64,000 bases of DNA from an uncultured Bacilli bacterium (lineage in GTDB: Bacteria; Bacillota_I; Bacilli_A; RF39; UBA660), in assembly GCA_947630055.1 (NCBI GenBank), contig CANRGA010000001.1, forward strand, positions 10,195 through 74,194. The letters are read 5' to 3'. The notes under the pieces were generated by a model that worked only from the letters and a program-made list of their open reading frames with translations, ran no database searches and was not told the DNA's origin. Of this stretch, positions 19,801 through 26,588 are shown in pieces. A program made the translations under genes and the position numbers. Position 1 is the stretch's first letter. Each line of letters starts with the position of its first letter.

Positions 19801-21174
19801 CATAAGAACTTTAATGAAGTAACTGGTCGTTGGCAAACAAGTGATGGTAATGCTGCTGTTGCTTGGGGAGATCGTATTGACTGGAGTGCAGAAGGTTTAA
19901 TGGATGGTAATATTGATCCAGATTTAGTTAGTGTTTTAAATAAACAAATTCAAGAATATACTTATCATACCTTTACGCATGAAACAGCCCATAATATTGA
20001 TGCTAGACTATTCTTAAAAAATAATGGTAGAAGATTTGATGCTGGAGGAGAAGATTATGCTGATAGTAATCTAATGCAATCTTTTGGACCAAATGATATA
20101 GTTATGAATTTATCAACTTATCGTAATGGTGAAAAAATTGCTTCAAATTATACTCCAGATCGAATTAACTCACCAGAAAAAATTCAAAGTTACTATGATA
20201 AAGTATTCCAAACTATCTATGTAATGGATTATATTGAAGCAGAGGCTTTCTTACAACTTCCTAAAGAAGTTCAAGCAAATTTAGCAGTTCAAGTATCTTA
20301 TCCAAATGAAAATTTACAATTTGAAACTTTAGAAGATGGTAAAACTTTCACTGGACCAACTTATAAAGAAGATCCTTATGCTATTTTTAGAGCCCGTCAA
20401 ACATCAAGATTTACTCAATTAAGTGAAATACCAGATGTATTTAATCAAATGAAACTTACATCAATTAATGATTTAATTGATAATCATATTATGATTTATC
20501 CGGGTATTTATAAAGTAGGATCTAGAGGGTCTAACTCTTATGGCGGTGAAGGCATTGGTCATGTTCACTGGTATCAACCATGGAATCCAGAAGGAAGACC
20601 TGATTCATACGCAATTAAATGGATTGCTTATGAAATGCTTGGTTTAAAAGGATATGATGAAGGTTATATTGAGTATTATAGTAATATAAATTCAACACCA
20701 AGAGAAATTTATAAAAACTTATCTAAGCCTAAAGAAGGTAAATCAACCGTTAATTATAAAACTGATTCTATGGCATTAAGTAGAATAACTGAAGGTAGAT
20801 TTGATGATTTTGATAAGTATAAGAAATATCGTTTTGCAGAAACTAAAGCAAAATTAGATAAACTTAATGCCAAAGTTAATGTAAAACAATATGTTCAAAA
20901 ATTATATGATGCTTTACTTGAAGATAATGAATATTCTAAAACAAGATTAGAATCATTACTTCAAGCATATAAAACTGATGAAAAAGGTTGCTTAGGTAGT
21001 TATTGGTGTGCCAGAGGAATATCTGGTGAAGTTAGAGGTTTCTTAAAAAGTACTGCTGTAAGACAAGAAATATATTATACTTTAAAAGATTTAACAAATG
21101 ATTTTGAAGGTGAAATATTTGAAAAAACTACTCAACAAAATGTCAGCGATTTAACTGTTAATAAAGGTGAATAA
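13801..21174 (+). CDS. giant surface zinc metalloprotease, M26 (ZmpB/IgA1-protease)-like: cohesin-like module, two TM segments, dockerin duplication, Ig-like repeats, GLUG-like repeats, HExxH domain
   Basis: Likely start ATG 13801 (RBS AAGGGG). Signal MKYAKYKYIFMLFLVIIFLPFKVMA. Cohesin-like LTIGDEITVSVSLPDEIKAYAVMATFTYDENVF. TMs FMITLGISAIVILGLVIYITLF and LVGCATILTISFVVIYIF. Dockerin segments DVNNDGVKDYND and DVNNDGKIDIND. GLUG-like GGFIGQA, IGGIIGEV, AGILGYT. Zinc motif FTHETAHNID. Confidence 0.7.
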   Translation: MKYAKYKYIFMLFLVIIFLPFKVMAKNINLDIDKYDLTIGDEITVSVSLPDEIKAYAVMATFTYDENVFTKIDIDDFSILNKNLNISYNDNTKKFGLINETGKLDNELFQVHLKVKENANVGDTNIALTNIVVSDGTKKEEYNKTIKTILVTRDAKPGEEIPINKSNKVEESKEIETKVFTSKPFMITLGISAIVILGLVIYITLFKKDKKTLKNILVGCATILTISFVVIYIFNINKRDVNNDGVKDYNDAKEILKYLLDITGTEEIDNNKNTSNKKPSINPNNKYDVNNDGKIDINDVGNNTENVTENTKVILKEKNDNKDFYVKKGDITLKFTAEITPKNVTITKVKINNKYYDVINNNGEYSVTIESNKAGKYEFAITSVILSNGKEINVKLKFVREVLKVTPYVNKFNLNDEKGSLSFELVDPEDAFISGEVTVYDGEKVIVKENVKSTTKINDIPIDEDKIYRLEVMGEYDLDSNKNDDNNHFTNQTMFNHSFMIGGDYNFTLTDVGITDAIKKGEKPVISFKSTNTKGVTVENASLTIGNKTNNYVISKIDGDNYEVILEDADTSVGKHKVNLDSVRLKSLKTFNNKKDYDANTLTYTVLKDSPKVTSLNVEEDSENKSIIAKFSINDESSAISSLKVVLVDSTGAVIASQILTREEYLEKGEVSLSYDGSTDGNYKVKILADYALSDQYNYTDKPIGEEAITVNTGVYIEAIEYVETKQNNRVIDSGKFASKGQKMYRMNFIVHTKGIRSYSRLSSITINGLNYIANGGASAIENAEGEYRYTSTVAITVPKEAGIMTITANRVQLEVNSYNYKVNQFYHVPDVSKEYEVLKDIPSIANLKIQKEDYEAKEVTFNFDVIDKEDSFISGKLELNGKSEEINKGNNTVTFTGIETDKVHDLIFKADYKLSTGEIEDPINQTEKSNAEIYKVKYGLYKEDTYNDIKISEITPVSEKNNKYFEKNEDIKLNLIIVGIPEYLNVYPERVIINDKEYDSKALMTCHEVTLKGYTSSGEKELKVSAIILNNGKVITLDKEVTIEVLKDIPKITDYKYSINDNSIKITLANKDSDSSLDGDLQVKVTDDTGKELYNSKYQETIEFKKNKDALRYYISVIGSYDRDIDKQEDSENYNKDIKLLDETISLDKNNIELKDITYITLYKEENDKILEIREITKEELEQNIEKYFVEVNMENMPSVYAKLKKVTIEDNHLMLILDYEYVTKEESKSKEIKVDYGAIINGKAKNETNPLNEFNILKERIKNNEHIILTHDYDLKDIEVTTSYYFENFSGSIDGNGHKITNLSKQLFNELSNAEIKNLIVENANISGAVRGILADKGTDVVINNVHLYNGNIKANLVTNGTGIMFGETRNSIEISNSSIVNSSVSGGKRTGGFIGQAYNKTTITNSYINDSSVTGNNDAIGGIIGEVSSANNVSMTNCYSKVTMDGGAGNAKAGILGYTNSSGATKLINSLSMSQGNSGTRVYGNGISATNVYELKESTMRSQAGGQIKEITGNDINKEFFINSLNWDEEVWNLDNVSADVPPILKGEKFEPVKSPIEAEDGYDPNKRILYNNLMKLMPFYDSEKIVRTGMHITDNNLLNKEIQHIVPIDNKGSIVTYLTSDNLKKISKIKVVYKTKEKVTYDVKFDNTYDMVASYRIPDLNIDYTYNHYIIDANSQVVNNITNYLKDLSYTNNLDTLTATKDSRILRDFYNDVTSKELKEFTLKYLSNSNYTNTTNNDSINSHLESEIKKDKKIEKVLYMYNYFRRFYDVEIDGMKLYDFMLFNMNGFDESLTSQMIARIYLQDGNNFNTGSTGTKYRDLLGGYTKLNTIAKFIEYMVTEFSNDNMNDWVRKEFAGYLVEIPVKGHEKDIQYTLWDHFSNEDAVYNNPHRAYDMMLPILTLPKNAAYIISTPVQFIIGAQRSYIEDPEDPTSQSIFQRRVKSYAKRMETYFDTAYKILGDAKYFNDIHTFQLDKRFAYDENGAMVYQQAYVTEEPFHKNFNEVTGRWQTSDGNAAVAWGDRIDWSAEGLMDGNIDPDLVSVLNKQIQEYTYHTFTHETAHNIDARLFLKNNGRRFDAGGEDYADSNLMQSFGPNDIVMNLSTYRNGEKIASNYTPDRINSPEKIQSYYDKVFQTIYVMDYIEAEAFLQLPKEVQANLAVQVSYPNENLQFETLEDGKTFTGPTYKEDPYAIFRARQTSRFTQLSEIPDVFNQMKLTSINDLIDNHIMIYPGIYKVGSRGSNSYGGEGIGHVHWYQPWNPEGRPDSYAIKWIAYEMLGLKGYDEGYIEYYSNINSTPREIYKNLSKPKEGKSTVNYKTDSMALSRITEGRFDDFDKYKKYRFAETKAKLDKLNAKVNVKQYVQKLYDALLEDNEYSKTRLESLLQAYKTDEKGCLGSYWCARGISGEVRGFLKSTAVRQEIYYTLKDLTNDFEGEIFEKTTQQNVSDLTVNKGE

Positions 21175-21195
21175 GTAAAATTATTCATCTTTTTT
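21168..21195 (+). terminator. rho-independent terminator overlapping the protease stop codon
   Basis: TGAATA..TATTCA hairpin followed by TCTTTTTT. Confidence 0.55.
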
Positions 21196-21353
21196 ATGAG
21201 AAAATATATTAACCTGTGTGAATATTTTATGAAATTTTTCAAAATAAAAAGGAAATTAGCCTATGAGTGACGAATAATATATATGAAAGGAGAAAAAAAT
21301 ATATGAAAAATTATAATTAAATTGTAAAAAGATATGGAACAAATTAATTAAAA

Positions 21354-22313
21354 ATGAAAGGCAAAATTATGACAGAAGAAAAAATATACAACGAAATAGT
21401 TGAGTTAATTGAAGAAAGAGAAGTAAAAAAGTTTGTTAGAGAATTTAAAGAAAATTCAGAAACATTAAAAACTAATTGGGAGATAGGTAGATTACTAGTT
21501 AATGCTCAAGGTGGAGAAGCTAGAGCAAAATATGGTGAAAATCTAATTAAGAAATGGGGCGAAAAATTATCTTTAGAATATGGTAAGAATTATAATAAAA
21601 GAAATCTTATGTATTATAGACAATTTTACTTAACATTTCAAAATGTGAACACAGTGTGTTCACAATTTAGTTGGTCAATATGTAGATGCTTATTATCAAT
21701 AAAAAATGAGAATGAGAGAAACTATTATATAAATCAAGTAATACTTAATAATTTATCTGTTAGAGAGTTAAGAAATGAAATAAAAAGTAAAGCCTTTGAT
21801 AGATTATCTTATGCAGATAAAAATAACATTAAGTTAATAACAGAGAATAATAATTCAATAACATTAAGTGATATGATAAAAGATCCGATAATTATTAAAA
21901 CTGATAAAGATACAACTAATTTAACTGAACAAAAATTACATGAAATATTAATTGAGTTAGTTGAAAATCATTATATGGAATTAGGAGCAGGTTTTGCTTT
22001 AATAGGTCATGAATATAAATGCAAAATAGATAATAGAACTTATAAAATAGATTTATTATTCTTTAATTATAAAATAAATGCCTTTGTTGTAGTAGAAGTG
22101 AAGATAAAAGAATATAATCCAAAAGATAGAGGGCAAATAGAATTATATATGGATTATGTTGATAAAAATATAAAAGAAAATTATCATAATAAAACAGAAG
22201 GTATATTAGTAGTTAGAGAAAAGAATAAACTAGTTACTAAATATATTTCTAATAATAATTTATATATTACTACTTATTTATTAGAAAATAAAAAAGTACA
22301 AAATGGCAAATAA
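21354..22313 (+). CDS. DUF1016/YhcG-like PD-(D/E)xK nuclease family protein (intact, 319 aa)
   Basis: ELGAGFALIGHEYKCKIDNRTYKIDLLFFNYKINAFVVVEVKIKE core. N-domain homologous to copies at 89..2044. Confidence 0.75.
   Translation: MKGKIMTEEKIYNEIVELIEEREVKKFVREFKENSETLKTNWEIGRLLVNAQGGEARAKYGENLIKKWGEKLSLEYGKNYNKRNLMYYRQFYLTFQNVNTVCSQFSWSICRCLLSIKNENERNYYINQVILNNLSVRELRNEIKSKAFDRLSYADKNNIKLITENNNSITLSDMIKDPIIIKTDKDTTNLTEQKLHEILIELVENHYMELGAGFALIGHEYKCKIDNRTYKIDLLFFNYKINAFVVVEVKIKEYNPKDRGQIELYMDYVDKNIKENYHNKTEGILVVREKNKLVTKYISNNNLYITTYLLENKKVQNGK
21644..21664. repeat. perfect 10-bp inverted repeat, 1-nt spacer (TGTGAACACA g TGTGTTCACA) at the homologous position of the plus-strand DUF1016 copy
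   Basis: Read directly. Encodes NVNTVCSQFSW. Extended arms are imperfect (one bulged A). Confidence 0.9.
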
Positions 22314-22336
22314 TAGTAAAATAATAATATTATTTC

Positions 22337-22365
22337 TTGACATAATATATTTAATTAGATAAAAT
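22337..22365 (+). promoter_or_regulatory. sigma-A promoter TTGACA-17-TAAAAT
   Basis: TTGACA 22337..22342, 17-nt spacer, TAAAAT 22360..22365. Upstream of RBS AGGAAAGAAGG. Confidence 0.55.
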
Positions 22366-22397
22366 TTAATTAAGTAAAGGAAAGAAGGTATATATTT

Positions 22398-22763
22398 ATG
22401 TTATTAGGAGCTACATTTTGTACTGATACTGCAAATATATGGCATTTAGTTGGTATGGTAGTTTATATTTTAAAAATTGTTATTCCACTTGTATTAATCA
22501 TTTTAGGTATGCTTGATTTAGGGAAAGCTGTTGTTTCAAGTGATGAAAAAGCTATTAATAAAGCAGTTGGTACATTAATAAAAAGATTTATTGCAGCAGT
22601 TGTAGTATTCTTTGTTCCTACTATAATTAATGGAATTTTTGGAGTAATTGGTGTAATTGGTGGAAGTTCAAAAGATGATTACCAAGTATGCGTTAGATGT
22701 GTTACTCAAACTTGTGAAGCAGAAGCAGAAGCAGCAAGACAAAGCATCGGCTTTACTCAATAA
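22398..22763 (+). CDS. VirB2/TrbC-like two-TM protein, minimal member of a four-paralog family
   Basis: LVLIILGMLDLGKAVVSSDEKAINKAVGTLIKRFIAAVVVFFVP shared with the C-termini of 22873, 24153 and 25714. Ends with CVRCVTQTCEAEAEAARQ. Confidence 0.45.
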   Translation: MLLGATFCTDTANIWHLVGMVVYILKIVIPLVLIILGMLDLGKAVVSSDEKAINKAVGTLIKRFIAAVVVFFVPTIINGIFGVIGVIGGSSKDDYQVCVRCVTQTCEAEAEAARQSIGFTQ

Positions 22764-22788
22764 TTTTTAGTAATTAATGTGTATAGAA

Positions 22789-22826
22789 AATAGTGTCAAC
22801 AAAGTTAACACTATTTTTTTGTTTTA
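22789..22826 (+). terminator. rho-independent terminator
   Basis: AATAGTGT..ACACTATT hairpin followed by TTTTTGTTTT. Confidence 0.6.
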
Positions 22827-22847
22827 ATTTAATATTTACAATAACCA

Positions 22848-22856
22848 TGTTATAAT
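22848..22856 (+). promoter_or_regulatory. TG-extended -10 (TGTTATAAT) in a block duplicated at 24128..24136
   Basis: ATAACCATGTTATAATTTAG versus ATAACCATGATATAATTTAG. Confidence 0.45.
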
Positions 22857-22872
22857 TTAGGTGGGTGAGTCT

Positions 22873-23970
22873 ATGAAAAAAAATAAAGCAATAGCTATAT
22901 TTTGTTTGTTATTTATGATTTTAATAGTTTTTGCAATATGCTCATCTGTATATTTAAGTAAAAGAGAAAATAATAAAGATATAATCATTTTAGCAGCAAA
23001 TAAAAATTATGGTTTAACTAAGGAACAAGTAGAACAAGAATTAAATAAAATGAAATCTACTCCAACTTATGATGAATTAGTATCATTAGCTAAAAGAAAA
23101 TATGGAATGAGTGAAGATGTTTTTCAAGTGGTTTTTGGTTGGGCAATTGGTGAAGGCTATGATAGTCATGATCATTATCTAGGTTACTTATGCGATAATG
23201 TTGGAATTAATCATTATATGGGGTATGGAAAAACTACTGCTAGTTCCTTAGCTGCATCAATAGCCGGAAGAGATAGTAGTGGCTATTATTCAACAAGTAG
23301 GATGCAAGGAAGATCTATTTCTGCTAAAAATAATCCTGGAAGCTATGTAGCAGCTTATAAAGGAATGTATTTAGCTTTGAAATATCCTGAAGAGAATGCA
23401 CATGATTGTGATGGTGTATCAAACTATAGTGGATATGGAGGTCAAAAAATTTATTCAGCAGTAGTTGGAAGATATACAATAAATGTATGGTCTGTTTGGT
23501 ATGATGGCATAAAGCATTGGAACTCTGATGGTAAATATTCTGATAGTAAAGGTGGAATAAAAGGTGCCAAAAAAGAAGAAGTGCTTGTAACATTAAAAGA
23601 CAAAGATCCACGTATAGATTATGCTGATTTATGTAAATCAAAAGGTTTTAGAATGGGTTCTAAAATAGCAGGTATAGTTATATTGGTAGTAAAATGGTTA
23701 ACGCCAATGATATTAATAATACTTGGGATGACAGATTTTACTAAAGCAATGGTTTCAAATGAACAAGATTCATTAGGAAAGGCGACAAAAACATTTATAA
23801 TAAGAATGATGATTGCAATAATGCTACCATTTATTCCAGGACTTATGTATTATTTAGTTGATTATTTTATTGGCGATTTAAAGGATGAAGCCGGGGAACT
23901 TGTATCATGTACTGAATGTCTTAAAGATCCTTTTAGTTGTGTAGTTGAATTGTATGACAATAATAATTAA
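22873..23970 (+). CDS. secreted protein with large variable ectodomain fused to the conserved VirB2/TrbC-like two-TM C-terminal module
   Basis: ATG 22873 after AGGTGGGTGAG. Signal MKKNKAIAIFCLLFMILIVFA. C-terminal LTPMILIILGMTDFTKAMVSNEQDSLGKATKTFIIRMMIAIMLPFIPGLMYYLVDYFIGD...CTECLKDPFSC. Confidence 0.55.
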   Translation: MKKNKAIAIFCLLFMILIVFAICSSVYLSKRENNKDIIILAANKNYGLTKEQVEQELNKMKSTPTYDELVSLAKRKYGMSEDVFQVVFGWAIGEGYDSHDHYLGYLCDNVGINHYMGYGKTTASSLAASIAGRDSSGYYSTSRMQGRSISAKNNPGSYVAAYKGMYLALKYPEENAHDCDGVSNYSGYGGQKIYSAVVGRYTINVWSVWYDGIKHWNSDGKYSDSKGGIKGAKKEEVLVTLKDKDPRIDYADLCKSKGFRMGSKIAGIVILVVKWLTPMILIILGMTDFTKAMVSNEQDSLGKATKTFIIRMMIAIMLPFIPGLMYYLVDYFIGDLKDEAGELVSCTECLKDPFSCVVELYDNNN

Positions 23971-23989
23971 AAAAGTTTGAGGTGATAAA

Positions 23990-24070
23990 ATGGAAAAAAA
24001 TAAAGCGATAGCTATATTTTGTTTATTATTTATTATATTAACTATTTTTGCAACAATTTCTATTATATAA
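23990..24070 (+). pseudogene. 26-codon remnant duplicating the signal-peptide start of 22873 (MEKNKAIAIFCLLFIILTIFATISII)
   Basis: Near-identical to first 20 codons of 22873, own RBS GAGGTG, then stop. Confidence 0.45.
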
Positions 24071-24127
24071 TAAGTGTTAAATGCCTTTACAGTTTTATTT
24101 AATTTGTTTTATTATTTAAAATAACCA

Positions 24128-24136
24128 TGATATAAT
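24128..24136 (+). promoter_or_regulatory. duplicated TG-extended -10 (TGATATAAT)
   Basis: Second copy of the promoter block. 16 nt upstream of RBS TAGGTG. Confidence 0.45.
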
Positions 24137-24152
24137 TTAGTTAGGTGTTAAT

Positions 24153-24875
24153 ATGAAAAAAAATTGGAAATTATTAGTATTTTGTTTGATTATTATGTTT
24201 TTTATTAATTGTAATATTGCTATTGCGGATTCATCTTGTGATAAATATGCCACACATAATGAAGAAATATGTAATTATGAATCATCAACTTCAGGAGAAG
24301 CAGTATGTAGATGTCTTTATGATTTGAATAAAACTAATGAAACTACTTGTGATAGAGGCTATACAAATAATGTATTAAACATATGTGAGGCTTCATTTCC
24401 AACAACATATGATTTTTCAAAAACGCCGGTAGAAAATAATCCATCTAATACAAATAATACTGAGAGCGATGATACTATTAAAGGATCTAGTGATAGTGCT
24501 GGAAATCCTACAATAGGCGATAGTGGTCCAAGATTGGAATATAATAATTTATGTGAATCAGAAGGATTTAAAACAGGATCTAAAATAGCAGGTATAGTTA
24601 TATTGGTAGCAAAATGGTTAACACCACTTGCATTAATGATATTAGGAATGATAGATTTTTTCAAGGCAGTTATATCGAGTAATGAAAAAGCACTAAGTGA
24701 CGCTACGACTACTTTTATAAAAAGAATAGTAATAGCAATTATTGTTCCATTTGTACCTGGTTTGTTATTTTATTTAGTTGATTTTTTTATCGGTGACGAA
24801 ATTGCAGATACTAAAGTTGAATTTGGCTCATGTACGGAATGCTTAAAGGATCCTTTAAATTGTACAATTAAATAA
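24153..24875 (+). CDS. secreted Cys-rich variable ectodomain fused to VirB2/TrbC-like two-TM module (paralog)
   Basis: Signal MKKNWKLLVFCLIIMFFINCNIAIA. C-terminal LTPLALMILGMIDFFKAVISSNEKALSDATTTFIKRIVIAIIVPFVPGLLFYLVDFFIGD...CTECLKDPLNC. Confidence 0.55.
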   Translation: MKKNWKLLVFCLIIMFFINCNIAIADSSCDKYATHNEEICNYESSTSGEAVCRCLYDLNKTNETTCDRGYTNNVLNICEASFPTTYDFSKTPVENNPSNTNNTESDDTIKGSSDSAGNPTIGDSGPRLEYNNLCESEGFKTGSKIAGIVILVAKWLTPLALMILGMIDFFKAVISSNEKALSDATTTFIKRIVIAIIVPFVPGLLFYLVDFFIGDEIADTKVEFGSCTECLKDPLNCTIK

Positions 24876-24890
24876 TAATAGAGTTGTTTA

Positions 24891-25619
24891 ATGAAAAATT
24901 TTTTACTTAATAGTAATGAAAAATATATTATAAAATTATTTGGTTTTTGGCACATATTTTTAATGCTATTTATATTATGTGTAGTTTATTTTATTGTAAA
25001 AAATAAGAGTAAATTAATTAATTTGAATAGTAAAAAAAAGAAAAAAATAAGAATAGTATTTACGATTATTTTGATTTTGAATTTGTTTATAAGAAGAGGA
25101 GCATTTTTAATTTACAATGTATATGATTTCCACTTTCATTTAGATATAAATATTTGTAATTTTTTAAATATTATTTATATTATATATGGTTTAACGGGAA
25201 ATTCAAAAATATATCCTATTTGTTTTTATTTGAGTTTTGTTGGACCTTTTATAGCTATTCTATTTCCCTGTATTAATTTTAGTGTTTTAAATTATTCATT
25301 TTATTCATTTTTAATTACTCATCATTTTGTTTTTATTTTTAATTTCATTTTTCTTTGTTTTGAAAATTACAAATATATTAGCAAAGATTTTAAAAACATA
25401 TTTCTATTTTTAACAATCTATTTTTTTATTGTTTATTGTTTTAATTATATTTTTAATACTTCATATTTATTACCATTTGAATTTGTCAACAATGATTTAT
25501 TAACAAATGGATTTATTAATTATATATATCATTCTAGAATATTAATTTATTTCATATATTTTTCATTTATTTTTAGTTTATTATTTTTAAGTAGATCAAT
25601 TTTAAAAAAAATAAATTAA
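24891..25619 (+). CDS. polytopic membrane protein of unknown function (very hydrophobic, F/I/L/N-rich)
   Basis: 242-aa ORF in 25 percent GC DNA, multiple predicted TM helices. Weak RBS. Could be a TcpD-like accessory. Confidence 0.35.
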   Translation: MKNFLLNSNEKYIIKLFGFWHIFLMLFILCVVYFIVKNKSKLINLNSKKKKKIRIVFTIILILNLFIRRGAFLIYNVYDFHFHLDINICNFLNIIYIIYGLTGNSKIYPICFYLSFVGPFIAILFPCINFSVLNYSFYSFLITHHFVFIFNFIFLCFENYKYISKDFKNIFLFLTIYFFIVYCFNYIFNTSYLLPFEFVNNDLLTNGFINYIYHSRILIYFIYFSFIFSLLFLSRSILKKIN

Positions 25620-25713
25620 TAATATATAAATTATGTAATAAAAATTAGTAGTATTTTCAAAAAATATATGCTAAAATAAAAATATAAATAATAAAGATGT
25701 TAGGAAGATTTCT

Positions 25714-26574
25714 ATGAAAAAAACAGTTAAGTTTATATTTTTATTTGTTTTAATTTATATATTTCCTTTTGTTGTTGTAAATGCAGGCGGAAAAAGTGAT
25801 GATAGTATTAATAATAATGCTAATGTTTCAAGTAATGAACCAGCAAAACCTTTAACATGTGTATATGGCCCCTCAGGAAAAACATATTATAGATTAATTC
25901 AAACAGCAGATGGACAAATAAATTTACAAATGTCGCATGTTGATAATATTAATTATACAGATATGTCTTCACAAAATTGGGGTGGAGATAGAACAACTGC
26001 AAGTAGCCAAACAATTTTAAAGAAAACTAAAAATTTTGAACAAACTTCAAAATATGTTAATGGTCATTTAACAGGATGTCCAGAATATTTACTTGATTAT
26101 GGTTGTGATAAACATCCTGTTAAGTGTGTTAATGTGTATTTTACTGATGAAAAAGAAGGAAATGATAGAGCAAATTCATATGATTTGATTTCGTATTTGC
26201 CAAAAGTTTTTGAAACTGAGAGTGTTCCAAACTATTTTAATGATCCAAGTTCTTCATATGAAGGATTAGAACCAATAACTGAATGTACTGCATTGTTAGG
26301 TGATCCTGGTACAGATGGAACTCCAGCATTTTATTTAGTAAAAGCTTTTCATGTGATAAAATATGTTGCGTTAGTATTATTAATTGTCTTATCAGTTATA
26401 GATTTTACAAGTGCGACAGCAAAACAAGATAAAGATGCAATGGCAAAATTGTTAAAAAAAATTATGATGAGATTCATTTTATGTATAATAATATTCTTAT
26501 TGCCATATTTAGTTAAATTATTGTTAAAATATTTGGTTTCTAGGCAAACTGATTTATGCAAAGGCAATTGGTAA
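25714..26574 (+). CDS. secreted variable ectodomain fused to VirB2/TrbC-like two-TM module (divergent paralog)
   Basis: Signal MKKTVKFIFLFVLIYIFPFVVVNA. C-terminal LVLLIVLSVIDFTSATAKQDKDAMAKLLKKIMMRFILCIIIFLLPYL. Confidence 0.5.
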   Translation: MKKTVKFIFLFVLIYIFPFVVVNAGGKSDDSINNNANVSSNEPAKPLTCVYGPSGKTYYRLIQTADGQINLQMSHVDNINYTDMSSQNWGGDRTTASSQTILKKTKNFEQTSKYVNGHLTGCPEYLLDYGCDKHPVKCVNVYFTDEKEGNDRANSYDLISYLPKVFETESVPNYFNDPSSSYEGLEPITECTALLGDPGTDGTPAFYLVKAFHVIKYVALVLLIVLSVIDFTSATAKQDKDAMAKLLKKIMMRFILCIIIFLLPYLVKLLLKYLVSRQTDLCKGNW

Positions 26575-26588
26575 GGTGAGAGGTTTAA

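Noticed and set aside
23324-26567. Antisense ORFs 23324..23641, 24359..24664, 24770..24955 and 26349..26567
   Set aside because: Nested antisense to the paralog-family genes. Low-complexity translations.
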